Of a stretch of 34,160 bases of DNA, positions 7,718-16,462 are shown in pieces. The notes below the pieces were generated by a model. The model saw only the letters and a list, made by a program, of their open reading frames with translations, made no database searches and was not told the DNA's origin. Both the position numbers and the translations under genes were made by a program. The DNA is from a virus (lineage: Duplodnaviria > Caudoviricetes): positions 1 to 34,160 of the IMG/VR virus record IMGVR_UViG_3300037755_000726. One strand, 5' to 3'. Within the stretch, counting starts at the first letter, position 1. Each line of letters opens with the position of its first letter.

Positions 7718-9359
7718 CCTGACGCCCGACCAGCTGCGGACGATGCCGCTGGAGCAGCTGCGGGCGCTGGCGGGCGACTTGGTGGCGCGCGGGGAGGGTC
7801 TGCGCAAGGAATGCCAGATGCTCTACTACATGCCGGCCAGCGACGCGGCGGCGCAGATCCATCTCTCGGGCGCGCGGATCATCGGGGCAGGGGGCGGCAA
7901 CCGGTCGGGCAAGACGGAATCGGTCCTGGCCGAGGCGGTCGCGCTGGCGACGGGGGTGCTGCCGCTGCGGTTTCACCAGGAGTTCCGGGCGAAGTTCCAG
8001 GGGCCGATCAACGTCCGGCTCTGCGTGAAGTCGCTGACCGCCACCATGCACCCGGTGATTTTGCCGAAGCTCAAATGGTGGGTCTGGACTGGCCTCCATC
8101 CCCAGGGGGGCGAGCAGGGCCATTGGGGCTGGGTGCCGAAGATGTGCCTGAAGGCGGAGAGCTGGGACAAGTCGTGGTCGGAGAAGCTGCGCACCCTGAC
8201 GGTGCTGTGCCGCGACCCGGACGATCACACCCGCGTCATGGGCGAGAGCCAGATTCAGATCCTCTCCTACGACCAGGACGTCGACGACCATGCGTCGGGC
8301 ACCTTTCACATCGTGATTTGCGACGAGCCGCCCCCCTACGCGATCTGGCGCGAGAACCAGGCCCGGACCCTCGACGTGAACGGGCGGATTTTTCTCAGCA
8401 TGACGTGGCCGGACGATCCCTCGATCCCGGTCGACTGGATCTACGACGAGGTCTACGAGCGGGGCCAGCCGGGTCCGCTGAAAGATCCCAACGTCGACTG
8501 GTTTGAGCTTCAGACGCTGGAAAACCGCAATCTGAACGCCGCGGCCGTGCTCGAGCAGACGGCCGGCTGGAGCGAGGAATCCAGGAAGGTGAAGCTGCAG
8601 GGCCAGCCGCTCCGGTTCTCCAACCGGATCCACCCGCTGTTCACCGATGCTCCGCAATCCTGGTGCTTCGCGTGCCAGAAGGTCTGCCTGCCGGTCGACG
8701 ACAAGTGCGGCTGCGTGCGGGAGAGCAAGGATATCGCTGCCTTCTGCCACCTGGAGCACTTCGAGGTGGCCGAGACCTGGCCGGTGGTCTTCCTGCTCGA
8801 TCCGCACCCGCGCAAGCCGCACATGTTCTGCTGGGTGTCGGTCGATCCCGCGGACGACTACTGGATCGTGCAGGAGGGCGAGATCGAGGGCGACGCGGCG
8901 GATCTGCGGGATTACGTCTTCGGGATCGAGGAATCCATGCGCCTGGACGTGCGCCTGAGGCTGATGGACCCCAACATGGGGCGGTCTCCCTCGGGCGCCC
9001 GGCGGGAGATCACGTGGCAGGACGAGTTTCAGAATGCCGGGCTGCAGATCGACCTGGCGGACGATAGCGAGGTTGGAAGAAAGCGCGTCAACCAGTACCT
9101 GAAGCCCGACCCGGCGACGCGCCGGCCACGGTTGATGTTCCATCCCCGCGCCGTGAAGGCGGCGACGCAGATGAAGCGTTTCGTGTGGGACGATTTCCGG
9201 CGCTCGGCGGACCGCGACGTGAAGCAGTCGCCAAAGCCGAAGTACGACGACTACCCGGCGATGCTGCGCTACCTGATGAACTATGAACCGAGCTTCCGGA
9301 TGCTGTATAGTGGCGCGCAGCGGATCGCCCGGCCCGGGACTCGCAAAGGAGCTTATTGA
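7707..9359 (+). CDS. terL: Terminase large subunit
   Basis: Walker A GGGNRSGKT, Walker B IVICDEPP, coupling motif SMT, nuclease LDPHPRKP and C-terminal DDYP; GGGAGG RBS. Confidence 0.92.
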   Translation: MKADLTPDQLRTMPLEQLRALAGDLVARGEGLRKECQMLYYMPASDAAAQIHLSGARIIGAGGGNRSGKTESVLAEAVALATGVLPLRFHQEFRAKFQGPINVRLCVKSLTATMHPVILPKLKWWVWTGLHPQGGEQGHWGWVPKMCLKAESWDKSWSEKLRTLTVLCRDPDDHTRVMGESQIQILSYDQDVDDHASGTFHIVICDEPPPYAIWRENQARTLDVNGRIFLSMTWPDDPSIPVDWIYDEVYERGQPGPLKDPNVDWFELQTLENRNLNAAAVLEQTAGWSEESRKVKLQGQPLRFSNRIHPLFTDAPQSWCFACQKVCLPVDDKCGCVRESKDIAAFCHLEHFEVAETWPVVFLLDPHPRKPHMFCWVSVDPADDYWIVQEGEIEGDAADLRDYVFGIEESMRLDVRLRLMDPNMGRSPSGARREITWQDEFQNAGLQIDLADDSEVGRKRVNQYLKPDPATRRPRLMFHPRAVKAATQMKRFVWDDFRRSADRDVKQSPKPKYDDYPAMLRYLMNYEPSFRMLYSGAQRIARPGTRKGAY

Positions 9360-9590
9360 ATGAACTCGCAGATGGGCGCCAAGACTTGTCAACACTGCAA
9401 GTGGTTCACTTGGAATGACGGCAAGACAGGAACTTGCTGGAGGTTCCCGCCGCAGCCGTTTCCCGTGGGGCCGAACCGCGTCAGCTCTTTCCGCCCGGCG
9501 GTGCAACCCGAGCATGGCTGCGGCGAATGGACGGTGGCGCTCGAAATAGCGCGCGAACTGCCTCCTCTTGCGCCGCGGAGAGTGCAGTGA
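9360..9590 (+). CDS. Small 4-Cys protein (TCQHCKWF...GTCWRFPP...CGEW)
   Basis: AAGGAG RBS; CxxC..C..PP...CGEW pattern of a common small phage protein family. Confidence 0.75.
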   Translation: MNSQMGAKTCQHCKWFTWNDGKTGTCWRFPPQPFPVGPNRVSSFRPAVQPEHGCGEWTVALEIARELPPLAPRRVQ

Positions 9591-9811
9591 CCGACGGGAT
9601 GGAAAACCTCGAGCCGGAATGCGCCATCTCCTGCCCGGGCTGCGGCGAGGTGAAATTCATCCTGCGCCGCCAGCCGACCGGGAAGAACGGCTCCTGCGCG
9701 CATGTGCTGGAAAAGCGCTCATCTCAGGACGATCACAAGCGCTGCCAGGCCTGCGACGTGCCGCTTGTGCGTGCCCCCCTGCCGGAAGGAGTCCGCGGTG
9801 GACGCCAGTAG
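9587..9811 (+). CDS. Small zinc-ribbon protein (CPGC...CQAC)
   Basis: GTGA overlap, GGAG RBS, two CxxC. Confidence 0.6.
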   Translation: MTDGMENLEPECAISCPGCGEVKFILRRQPTGKNGSCAHVLEKRSSQDDHKRCQACDVPLVRAPLPEGVRGGRQ

Positions 9812-9986
9812 CCCGACTGCCAGCGTGACGCGGGACGGACGGACCCCGCTCGAGGTCTTTGTCTGCCCGCTCTGCGAAACCCACCTGTGGCTGATCACCT
9901 CTGAGGAGCCCTCGCGGCCGATCTGCGCGTCATGCCACTGGACACCCGAGGATGGAGACGACGATGGCCCTGGCCGAAACCACTGA
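9798..9986 (+). CDS. Small zinc-ribbon protein (CPLC...CASC)
   Basis: AAGGAG 7 nt before GTG 9798; two CxxC. Confidence 0.55.
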   Translation: MDASSPTASVTRDGRTPLEVFVCPLCETHLWLITSEEPSRPICASCHWTPEDGDDDGPGRNH

Positions 9987-12339
9987 CGGCCGCGAGGTGC
10001 GCCGCACGCGCCGACGCCGCGACTTCAAGGTCGACAAGCAGGAGGTCGTCGACCGCGTGATGGAGTTTTTCGAGAAGGACGAGACCGACCGTTCCGTCGA
10101 GAAATCGCGCCGCCTGCAGCGCTACGCCAAGTTTCGCATGTGGACCGAGGGCAAGGATTGGCCCTGGTCCGATTCCTCCGACGTGGCGATGCCGGACATG
10201 ATGGAAAAGTCGCTGCGCATGCAGGACACGATTCACAATGCGGTGATGTCCTCCAGGCCAGTCATCGGCGCCAACGCTGTGCAGAAGTCCGATTCCCGCA
10301 AGGAGCGCTTCGTCGACCGGCTGATCGATTATCAGGTCTTCGTCGAGCAGCAGGGCGAGGAGCGCATCGGCGAGCTGGCGGAGGCCTTCGTCAACGACGG
10401 GGTGGCCTACGTGTTTCTGCCCTGGGTGAGCGAGACGCGCAAGGTGAGCGATGCCGAGCGATTCGACCCGATCCCGCCCGATCTGCTGCCGGCCGACTAC
10501 TTCCGCGCCATCCTGGGCCGGCGCTTCGGGCAGGCCGAGGCCTTGGCCAAAGGGGACGGCTGGGACTGGGACATCATGGCGGACGGCCGCGAGGTGCAGG
10601 TGGGCTTCTACACGACCCGCTCGGGTGAGGTCGAGATGGTCCGCCGCGAGCGCGTGACGGTCTACGAAGGCCCGCGCCTCATCCAGAAGGACTGGGATGA
10701 GGTGCTGTATCCGGCCAGGGCCGCGAACCTGCAACCCCCCGGCCCCTCCAATCCTCATGGTGCCGCGCACGTCATCCTGGTCGACTATCCGACCGTCGAT
10801 GAAATCCGAGCCCTGCAAGCCTCCGGCGTCTACAACCTGCTGACCGAGGAAGACCTCAACAAGCTGGAGGTCGCGGCCGACTCGTCGGGCGACAACCAGG
10901 AAATGCAGGAGCAGAAGGACACTCTGCAGGGCACCGATGGCTCGCATCAGCCGGACAAGAAGCGGATGGGCGGGCATCGCACGGTCACGCGCCTGCTGTG
11001 CTTCGACACCATGGACGTCGATGGCGACGGGCAGGCCGAGGATGTGGTCTGGTGGGTGATCCGGGAGACCAAGGCCCTCTGCCGGCGCAAGTTCATGACC
11101 GAGATTTTCCCGGCAGATCCGCCCCGCCGTCCGATCCGGCATCAGTCCTTCATGCCCGTCCGGGGCCGGGTGGCGGGAATCAGCCTCCTGGAGATGATGG
11201 AGGGCCTGCACGACGTGATGAAAATGGCGCTCGACCAGACGGTCGACGCCGGCACGCTGGCAAACGCGCCATTCGGCTTCTATCGGCCATCGGGAACCAT
11301 GAAGCCGGAAATCATGCGGATGAGCCCGGGCGAGCTCTACCCCATGCAGGACCCGCAGAGAGACGCCTTCTTCCCGCAGTTTCCGAACCGGGACCAGACC
11401 TTCGGATTCAACCTCGTCACCATGCTGAACGCCTTCGAGGAGCGCCTGACCACCGTGGGCGACCTCCAGCTTGGGCGGGTGCCGCAGGGCAAGGCCTCGG
11501 CGCTGCGGACCATGGGCGGCATGGCGATGATCCAGGGCCAGGGCGAGGCGCGCCCGGAGCGCATCCTCAGGCGCTTCTTCACGCTGCTGAGCGAAGTCTG
11601 GCAGGACATCCATGGCCTGAACAAGCACTTCATGCCGCAGGAAAAGCGCATCCGCGTCATCGGCATCAAGCAGGCCGGCGAGGACCCCTACCAGGAGATC
11701 CAGAAGGACGATGTGAGCGGCGCCTTCATCTTCGACTTCAAGGCCAACGTGCTCAATGCGTCGAAATTCGCCATGCAGAGCGCCATCGAGGCGCTGATGA
11801 GCACCTATGTGAGCGAGCTCGCCGTGCAGATGGGAATCATCGACCAGGAGGGCATCTACCGGCTGTTCCGCGAGTTCGGCTTCGCGCACGGGCAGGACCC
11901 GGACCAGTACCTGAAGGCGCCCAATCCCGAGGCGATGCGACCGCGCATCTTTGCCGAGGAGGCGCTGTCGATCATCATAGCCGGCGGGGTGCCGGATGGG
12001 GTGCCGGCGGAGGCTGGGGGCGCGATGGAGCATTTCCAGAAGCTGCAGGCCCTCATGCAGGAAGATTCGTTCGGCCTCCTCGGCGAGCAGCACCTGATCG
12101 TCTTCCGAGGCTACCTGGAGGAGCTGATGGAGAAGGCCGCGCAGCAGCAGGCCCTGATGCAGCAGGCCGCGGCCGCGGGCGCATTCCAGGCCGCGCAAGG
12201 CGGAGGAGCCCCCGGAGCGCCGGTCACCACCGGCCCGGCCGCGCCGCAATCGGCCGCCCCCCTGGGCCAGGGACAATTGAGCGACGAATCGCTGCCAGGA
12301 GCGGGCGGCGGCGGCGCGGCAGCCAATGGAGTTGGATGA
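9964..12339 (+). CDS. Portal protein (P22-like, ~790 aa)
   Basis: Size and position after TerL; DVDGDGQAED, GISLLEMMEGLHD..K..DQTVDAGTLAN, Q/A-rich C-terminal barrel; GGAG RBS before ATG 9964. Confidence 0.85.
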   Translation: MALAETTDGREVRRTRRRRDFKVDKQEVVDRVMEFFEKDETDRSVEKSRRLQRYAKFRMWTEGKDWPWSDSSDVAMPDMMEKSLRMQDTIHNAVMSSRPVIGANAVQKSDSRKERFVDRLIDYQVFVEQQGEERIGELAEAFVNDGVAYVFLPWVSETRKVSDAERFDPIPPDLLPADYFRAILGRRFGQAEALAKGDGWDWDIMADGREVQVGFYTTRSGEVEMVRRERVTVYEGPRLIQKDWDEVLYPARAANLQPPGPSNPHGAAHVILVDYPTVDEIRALQASGVYNLLTEEDLNKLEVAADSSGDNQEMQEQKDTLQGTDGSHQPDKKRMGGHRTVTRLLCFDTMDVDGDGQAEDVVWWVIRETKALCRRKFMTEIFPADPPRRPIRHQSFMPVRGRVAGISLLEMMEGLHDVMKMALDQTVDAGTLANAPFGFYRPSGTMKPEIMRMSPGELYPMQDPQRDAFFPQFPNRDQTFGFNLVTMLNAFEERLTTVGDLQLGRVPQGKASALRTMGGMAMIQGQGEARPERILRRFFTLLSEVWQDIHGLNKHFMPQEKRIRVIGIKQAGEDPYQEIQKDDVSGAFIFDFKANVLNASKFAMQSAIEALMSTYVSELAVQMGIIDQEGIYRLFREFGFAHGQDPDQYLKAPNPEAMRPRIFAEEALSIIIAGGVPDGVPAEAGGAMEHFQKLQALMQEDSFGLLGEQHLIVFRGYLEELMEKAAQQQALMQQAAAAGAFQAAQGGGAPGAPVTTGPAAPQSAAPLGQGQLSDESLPGAGGGGAAANGVG

Positions 12340-12731
12340 TGCTACCGAGCGCGCAAGAGCACTACCGGTCACGCGACGAACAGAGGTCGGTCGACCTCCA
12401 GGCACAAAGACGCCAGCTTACCCTGCTGGCCCAGGCCGAAGTGCTGGCCGGCAACATGACCCGGGTCCCGGAGTGGAACCTCTTTCTCTCCTACGTGTCG
12501 GCCGCCGCCGAGGAGTGCGAACGGCAGATCGATCTGCTGCGCACCAAGGTGTCGGACCCCATGGTGGTGCAGCATGACGAAGTGATGCGCCTGAAGGTGC
12601 TGCTCGAGGGCTGGCAGCAGCGCCGGCTCGCCTTCGATGCCGTCATGTCCCTTCCGAAAGACCTTCTGGACATGGGGCAGAGCGCCAAGGCGCTGCTGGA
12701 GCGCATGCCGGAACTGGAGAAAGCCTCTTGA
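12336..12731 (+). CDS. Hypothetical helical protein (post-portal)
   Basis: ATGA overlap with portal stop; MMLPSAQEH...ELEKAS. Confidence 0.75.
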   Translation: MMLPSAQEHYRSRDEQRSVDLQAQRRQLTLLAQAEVLAGNMTRVPEWNLFLSYVSAAAEECERQIDLLRTKVSDPMVVQHDEVMRLKVLLEGWQQRRLAFDAVMSLPKDLLDMGQSAKALLERMPELEKAS

Positions 12732-12913
12732 GCGCACGTCCCCGCATTCATGCCGCAGCGGACGCCCGGCCCCTGAAGCAGGTACCCTTGCCGCTGGCAG
12801 TCGCCATGGCGTTGGAAAGGTTTTTGGTTGACAGGAGGACAGGAAACCTGCAACTAAATATCCGTGACGGACAAATCCTTGGTCTAACCGTCGAGGAAAA
12901 GCTGTCCGTTTAA
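12728..12913 (+). CDS. Small DUF2292/YezD-like protein, candidate RNA-binding antiterminator
   Basis: TTG start after GGAG with TTGA overlap; C-terminal TGNLQLNIRDGQILGLTVEEKLSV fits the G-x-h-x-h-x-h-x-DG-x-h...EK pattern remembered for DUF2292. Confidence 0.6.
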   Translation: MSARPRIHAAADARPLKQVPLPLAVAMALERFLVDRRTGNLQLNIRDGQILGLTVEEKLSV

Positions 12914-12928
12914 GTCCAAGACCCAGTT

Positions 12929-12985
12929 AGGGCCATGGGACATCCCCAGCCCGCCACGGCATCGCCGCGGCGGGTTTTTGCGTTT
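12929..12985 (+). terminator. Antiterminator/terminator element, copy 1
   Basis: AGGGCCAT GGG ACATC CCC AGCCC overlapping hairpin CCCGCCACGGC-ATC-GCCGCGGCGGG followed by TTTTTGCGTTT. Confidence 0.8.
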
Positions 12986-13042
12986 GGGCGTAACAAGGCG
13001 GGCCGCCACCGTCAATTTGCGGGCGTAACACCGTGGGCCGCC
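12986..13042 (+). repeat. Direct repeat GGGCGTAACA-N4-GGGCCGCC x2 in the scaffold 5' UTR
   Basis: Copies at 12986-13007 and 13021-13042 (35-nt period), just upstream of the AAGGAG RBS. Confidence 0.75.
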
Positions 13043-13064
13043 GCCACGAAGGAGCAGAGTTCTT

Positions 13065-13850
13065 ATGGCAGACGATCTCGACGCGCCGATCGACGACGCG
13101 GAAGGCACCGATCACGAGGGCGATCCCATTGCGGGTCTGCGCTCAGCCGTTCAGGCCGAGCGCGGCAAGCGGCAGGAAGCCGAGCAACGCGAACGCGCCC
13201 TCGAAACCCAGCTCGCCGAACTTCGGGGGCGGGTCGACGGCATGGCCGCGAGCCAGACCAAGAAGGACACCGCTCAGCCGGAGATGACTTCCGCCCAGCT
13301 TCGACAGGCAGTCGAGGAGGGGCGCATCTCCGAGGACCAGGCCGAGGAAATCAAGTTCAAGCAGGCCGAGAAGCGCATCCGCGAGTCGGTCACCGCCGAG
13401 GTGCGCAGCGAGCATTCGGCCAAGGAGCTGGGGACCAGGGTCGGCGAGGAGATCGGCCGCTACAACGCCGTGGTGCCCGAAATCGGCGACAAGGCCTCGC
13501 CGCAGTTCAAGAAGCTGAAGACCGAGTTCGACTACCTGGTCGGACTGGGTCATGACCCCCGGGACGGGCGCACCGAGCTTCTTGCTGCCCGTGCTGCCTT
13601 CGGGCCCGTGCAGGCGCTCGAGAAGGCCGGCAAGCCGAAGGGCCGCGAGACCTGGCAGGACACCGGCGGCTCAGCCGAGGACGACCACGGATCGGGCGGC
13701 AAGGACGGCCCGCCGCGCGACATGCCGGCCAAGAACCGCGACTACTACCGCGATCAGATCGCCAAGGGCGCCTACAGCGGGTGGAAAGAGGTCGCGAAGG
13801 AATGGAGCTACAAGCCCAAGCACGGGCCGAAGAGCCGGAGGGCCGCATGA
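13065..13850 (+). CDS. Capsid scaffolding protein
   Basis: Acidic N-terminus, coiled coil (AVQAERGKRQEAE), position between portal and capsid. Confidence 0.75.
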   Translation: MADDLDAPIDDAEGTDHEGDPIAGLRSAVQAERGKRQEAEQRERALETQLAELRGRVDGMAASQTKKDTAQPEMTSAQLRQAVEEGRISEDQAEEIKFKQAEKRIRESVTAEVRSEHSAKELGTRVGEEIGRYNAVVPEIGDKASPQFKKLKTEFDYLVGLGHDPRDGRTELLAARAAFGPVQALEKAGKPKGRETWQDTGGSAEDDHGSGGKDGPPRDMPAKNRDYYRDQIAKGAYSGWKEVAKEWSYKPKHGPKSRRAA

Positions 13851-14140
13851 TCGCCATCGTGCGCAGCGAAAAAGAGATCACGCCGAGCCAGCGCCTCGCC
13901 TTCGGGGCGGCACCGGCGGGCCGGCGCGGCAAGTCGGCCGGCAGCCATGTGCTCGACCGGGTGGACCTGAAGAAGGCCATCACGCTCTGCCACGACTGCA
14001 TGCCGAAGTTCGATATCAGGCGCTACGGGTACACGACGAAGCGCAACCTGCCCCGAGTGCGCGGCCGTTGCGACGGCTGCCAGAACCATTGCGAGCAGGG
14101 CCACTTGCTGGTCCACCGCTCGCTCGCCGATAACACGTAG
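13847..14140 (+). CDS. Small zinc-finger protein (CHDC...CDGC)
   Basis: ATGA overlap, GGAGG RBS, two CxxC. Confidence 0.65.
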   Translation: MIAIVRSEKEITPSQRLAFGAAPAGRRGKSAGSHVLDRVDLKKAITLCHDCMPKFDIRRYGYTTKRNLPRVRGRCDGCQNHCEQGHLLVHRSLADNT

Positions 14141-14149
14141 GAGAAGGCA

Positions 14150-14860
14150 ATGGAATACGCCTACATGCTGGGCGGCGGCGCACCGCTCGCGATGAAGTAC
14201 CAGGTCAACGAGACGCTGGCCAATGCGGGCATCCCCGTGCTGGCGCCTGGGGCCGGAAACGCGGGGGTGCAGATCAGCACCACCAGCTCCTGGGCCAACG
14301 CGGTCGGCGTGACGCTCGACACGGCCACTTACGTGACCTCACAGCAGACCGATGGCACCTCCGCCGAGCGCGAGGTGACGATCATCATCAGCCCGCAGGC
14401 GGTCTTCCGCGCCCTGATGTCGGGTGGAGCCGCCGAGGGCACGGCGCTCTCGCTCTTCACTGTCACGACGGCCTCGACAAGCGGGCTCGACGTGATTACG
14501 GGCGACTCCTTCACCGACATGGATGACGGCGTGATCTGGGGCTACGACGGCGCCAACGCCGGGCAGAAGCGCTGCATCACCGTTGGCGATGGGACCGATG
14601 CGTCGGTTACGGTCCCCTTCGACCAGGACACGGCGGTGGGCGACAACTTCCTGGCGGCGCCGTACTGGTTTTTGAGCGACGTTGCCGCAAATATCGCGAC
14701 CACCACCAACCTCTACCAGGCCGACGCCTCCACGGCGGGCGGCACTGGCGGCGCGGCCACGATCATCGACATGGAACTGAACGATATCAGCGGGGAGGGG
14801 CGCACCAAGTCCTTCGTCCTCTTCATCTTCGACGATCACGCGCTTCGCGAGACCACCTGA
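14150..14860 (+). CDS. Putative capsid decoration/cement protein
   Basis: AGGAG RBS; G/T/A/D-rich beta protein immediately before the capsid gene. Confidence 0.6.
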   Translation: MEYAYMLGGGAPLAMKYQVNETLANAGIPVLAPGAGNAGVQISTTSSWANAVGVTLDTATYVTSQQTDGTSAEREVTIIISPQAVFRALMSGGAAEGTALSLFTVTTASTSGLDVITGDSFTDMDDGVIWGYDGANAGQKRCITVGDGTDASVTVPFDQDTAVGDNFLAAPYWFLSDVAANIATTTNLYQADASTAGGTGGAATIIDMELNDISGEGRTKSFVLFIFDDHALRETT

Positions 14861-14874
14861 GCTAGGAGACCACG

Positions 14875-15795
14875 ATGCCGGTTCCTCACACAACTGACTC
14901 CTTCGGCGACCTTCTGGACATTCGCTTCCAGAAGATCTTCGATGACCAGTTTCCGCAGCTCAACGACATGCTGCCGGAGCTGTTCTCATTCGAGCCCGAC
15001 AACGGGCGCATCGACATGCGCTTCTCGGAGGTATCGGGCTACGGCGATATCCCGGAGTTCGGCGGCTCGGTCGTCTACCAGTCGGCCGCGCAGGGCTACG
15101 ACACCACCATCACGCCGGTGGAGTTCGCCTCCGGTGTCCAGGTGGAGCGGCGCCTTTTCGACACGGACCAGTTCTCCATCATGAACCAGCGCCCGTCCGG
15201 CCTCGCCCGGTCGGCGCAGCGCACGCGCCAGAAGCACGGCGCGCGCCCGTTCAACAACGCCTTCTCGGTGGACCAGTACTTCTACAACAACTCCGAGAGC
15301 GTTGCGATGTGCAGCGCCAGCCACACCACCACGGTGCAGAGCGCCTCGACCGCCAGCGGCTTCGACAACCTGATCACCACGGCGCTCAGCGCCACCGCTC
15401 TCTCGGCGGCCCGTATCCAGATGCGCGGCTTCCGAGACGCCGCGGCCAACCGCATCGACGTCGAGCCTGACGAGATCCTCTTCCCGCCCGACCTCTACGA
15501 GGTGGCCTTCGAGATCAACAGCTCGATGGGCAAGGTCGACACCGCGGAGAACAACCGCAACGTCCACTTCGGCCGCTACACGATGAAGGAGTGGAACTAC
15601 CTGAACGACGCCAACAACTGGTTCCTGATGGACGGAAGCCTGCGCAACGAGTCGCTGAAGTGGTTCGACTCCGTGCCGGTCGAGTTCGCCATGGCGGAAG
15701 ACATGGACACCCTGGTGGCCAAGTGGCGCCTGTACACGGTCTACGGCAACGGTCACCGCGACTGGAGATTCATTCTCGGCGCCAACGTTTCCTGA
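14875..15795 (+). CDS. Major capsid protein (HK97 fold, Mu gpT-like)
   Basis: GYGDIPEFGG.V.Y, LARSAQRTRQK, LSATALSAARIQM..FRD, PPDL, YLNDANNWFL, DWRFILG. Confidence 0.85.
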   Translation: MPVPHTTDSFGDLLDIRFQKIFDDQFPQLNDMLPELFSFEPDNGRIDMRFSEVSGYGDIPEFGGSVVYQSAAQGYDTTITPVEFASGVQVERRLFDTDQFSIMNQRPSGLARSAQRTRQKHGARPFNNAFSVDQYFYNNSESVAMCSASHTTTVQSASTASGFDNLITTALSATALSAARIQMRGFRDAAANRIDVEPDEILFPPDLYEVAFEINSSMGKVDTAENNRNVHFGRYTMKEWNYLNDANNWFLMDGSLRNESLKWFDSVPVEFAMAEDMDTLVAKWRLYTVYGNGHRDWRFILGANVS

Positions 15796-15805
15796 GGAGG
15801 GCGCG

Positions 15806-16024
15806 ATGGACAAGGCCGACAAGGCTTGGCAGGCCGAAGCCGACCTGGACGCGCTGATCCGGTCCAAGGATATCGAGGCGGATCGGTCGCGGGTCAACCA
15901 GGCGCGGGAAGTGGCATCGCGCCGGGTTGAACAGTACGGCGAGATGGCGCGCAAGCTGGCGCCGTCCAATCTCGGGTTCAACAACACGGTCAAGGGCAGC
16001 AAGATGTTCGGAGGCAAGAAGTGA
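15806..16024 (+). CDS. Hypothetical protein (WQAEADLDALIRSKDIEAD..R)
   Basis: GAGGAG RBS; follows the capsid gene. Confidence 0.75.
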   Translation: MDKADKAWQAEADLDALIRSKDIEADRSRVNQAREVASRRVEQYGEMARKLAPSNLGFNNTVKGSKMFGGKK

Positions 16025-16254
16025 CCCGGACCTACGTGGTTGCCATCGCCGATGATGCCGGGCCTTGCGCCGCCGCGCTCGAGAGCCTGCTGTGCGATCA
16101 ACTGGCACCCGACCCCGCCCTGATGGCTGAGGCCGGCGTGGCGGTCATGAGAGGGGAAGACTTCGCGGCGCGGATCGAAGCCGACGCGCGGCACGCTCGC
16201 AAGGCCTGGAATTCACTCACGCGACCGAAGGAGAGGCGCCGTGCCAAACCCTGA
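16021..16254 (+). CDS. Hypothetical protein
   Basis: GTGA overlap, GGAGG RBS. Confidence 0.6.
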   Translation: MTRTYVVAIADDAGPCAAALESLLCDQLAPDPALMAEAGVAVMRGEDFAARIEADARHARKAWNSLTRPKERRRAKP

Positions 16255-16438
16255 CTCGGGCAACATGGACAGCCAGCTCGGCAACAAGCCCGCCGTGCAG
16301 AAGCGCAAGCCCTCCGCAGGCCAGCCGGCCGTGACGGAAAAGACCGCTTCATGGCCGGGATTGCCTGGAAAATCTGGGCCGAATCGTTCGGCCGGTGTGA
16401 CGAAACTGAAGATCCACGCCAGGAGCGAGGGTCTGTAA
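16241..16438 (+). CDS. Small basic, probably disordered protein
   Basis: AAGGAGAGG RBS before GTG. Confidence 0.6.
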   Translation: MPNPDSGNMDSQLGNKPAVQKRKPSAGQPAVTEKTASWPGLPGKSGPNRSAGVTKLKIHARSEGL

Positions 16439-16462
16439 CTCTGGGGACCGAGGAGCCGTAGA

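Noticed and set aside
9895-12405. Long antisense and alternate-frame ORFs (e.g. 9895-12405, 7530-9515, 17895-19556, 30740-32881)
   Set aside because: Shadows of high-GC3 genes on the + strand; no motifs or RBS
12820-12860. TTGACA inside the DUF2292-like ORF as a promoter for switch copy 1
   Set aside because: No convincing -10 box at 16-18 nt spacing
15787-15808. Possible +1 frameshift at GTT TCC TGA fusing the capsid to the next ORF (the +1 frame is open)
   Set aside because: The next ORF has its own strong GAGGAG RBS, and an open frame over five codons is expected by chance
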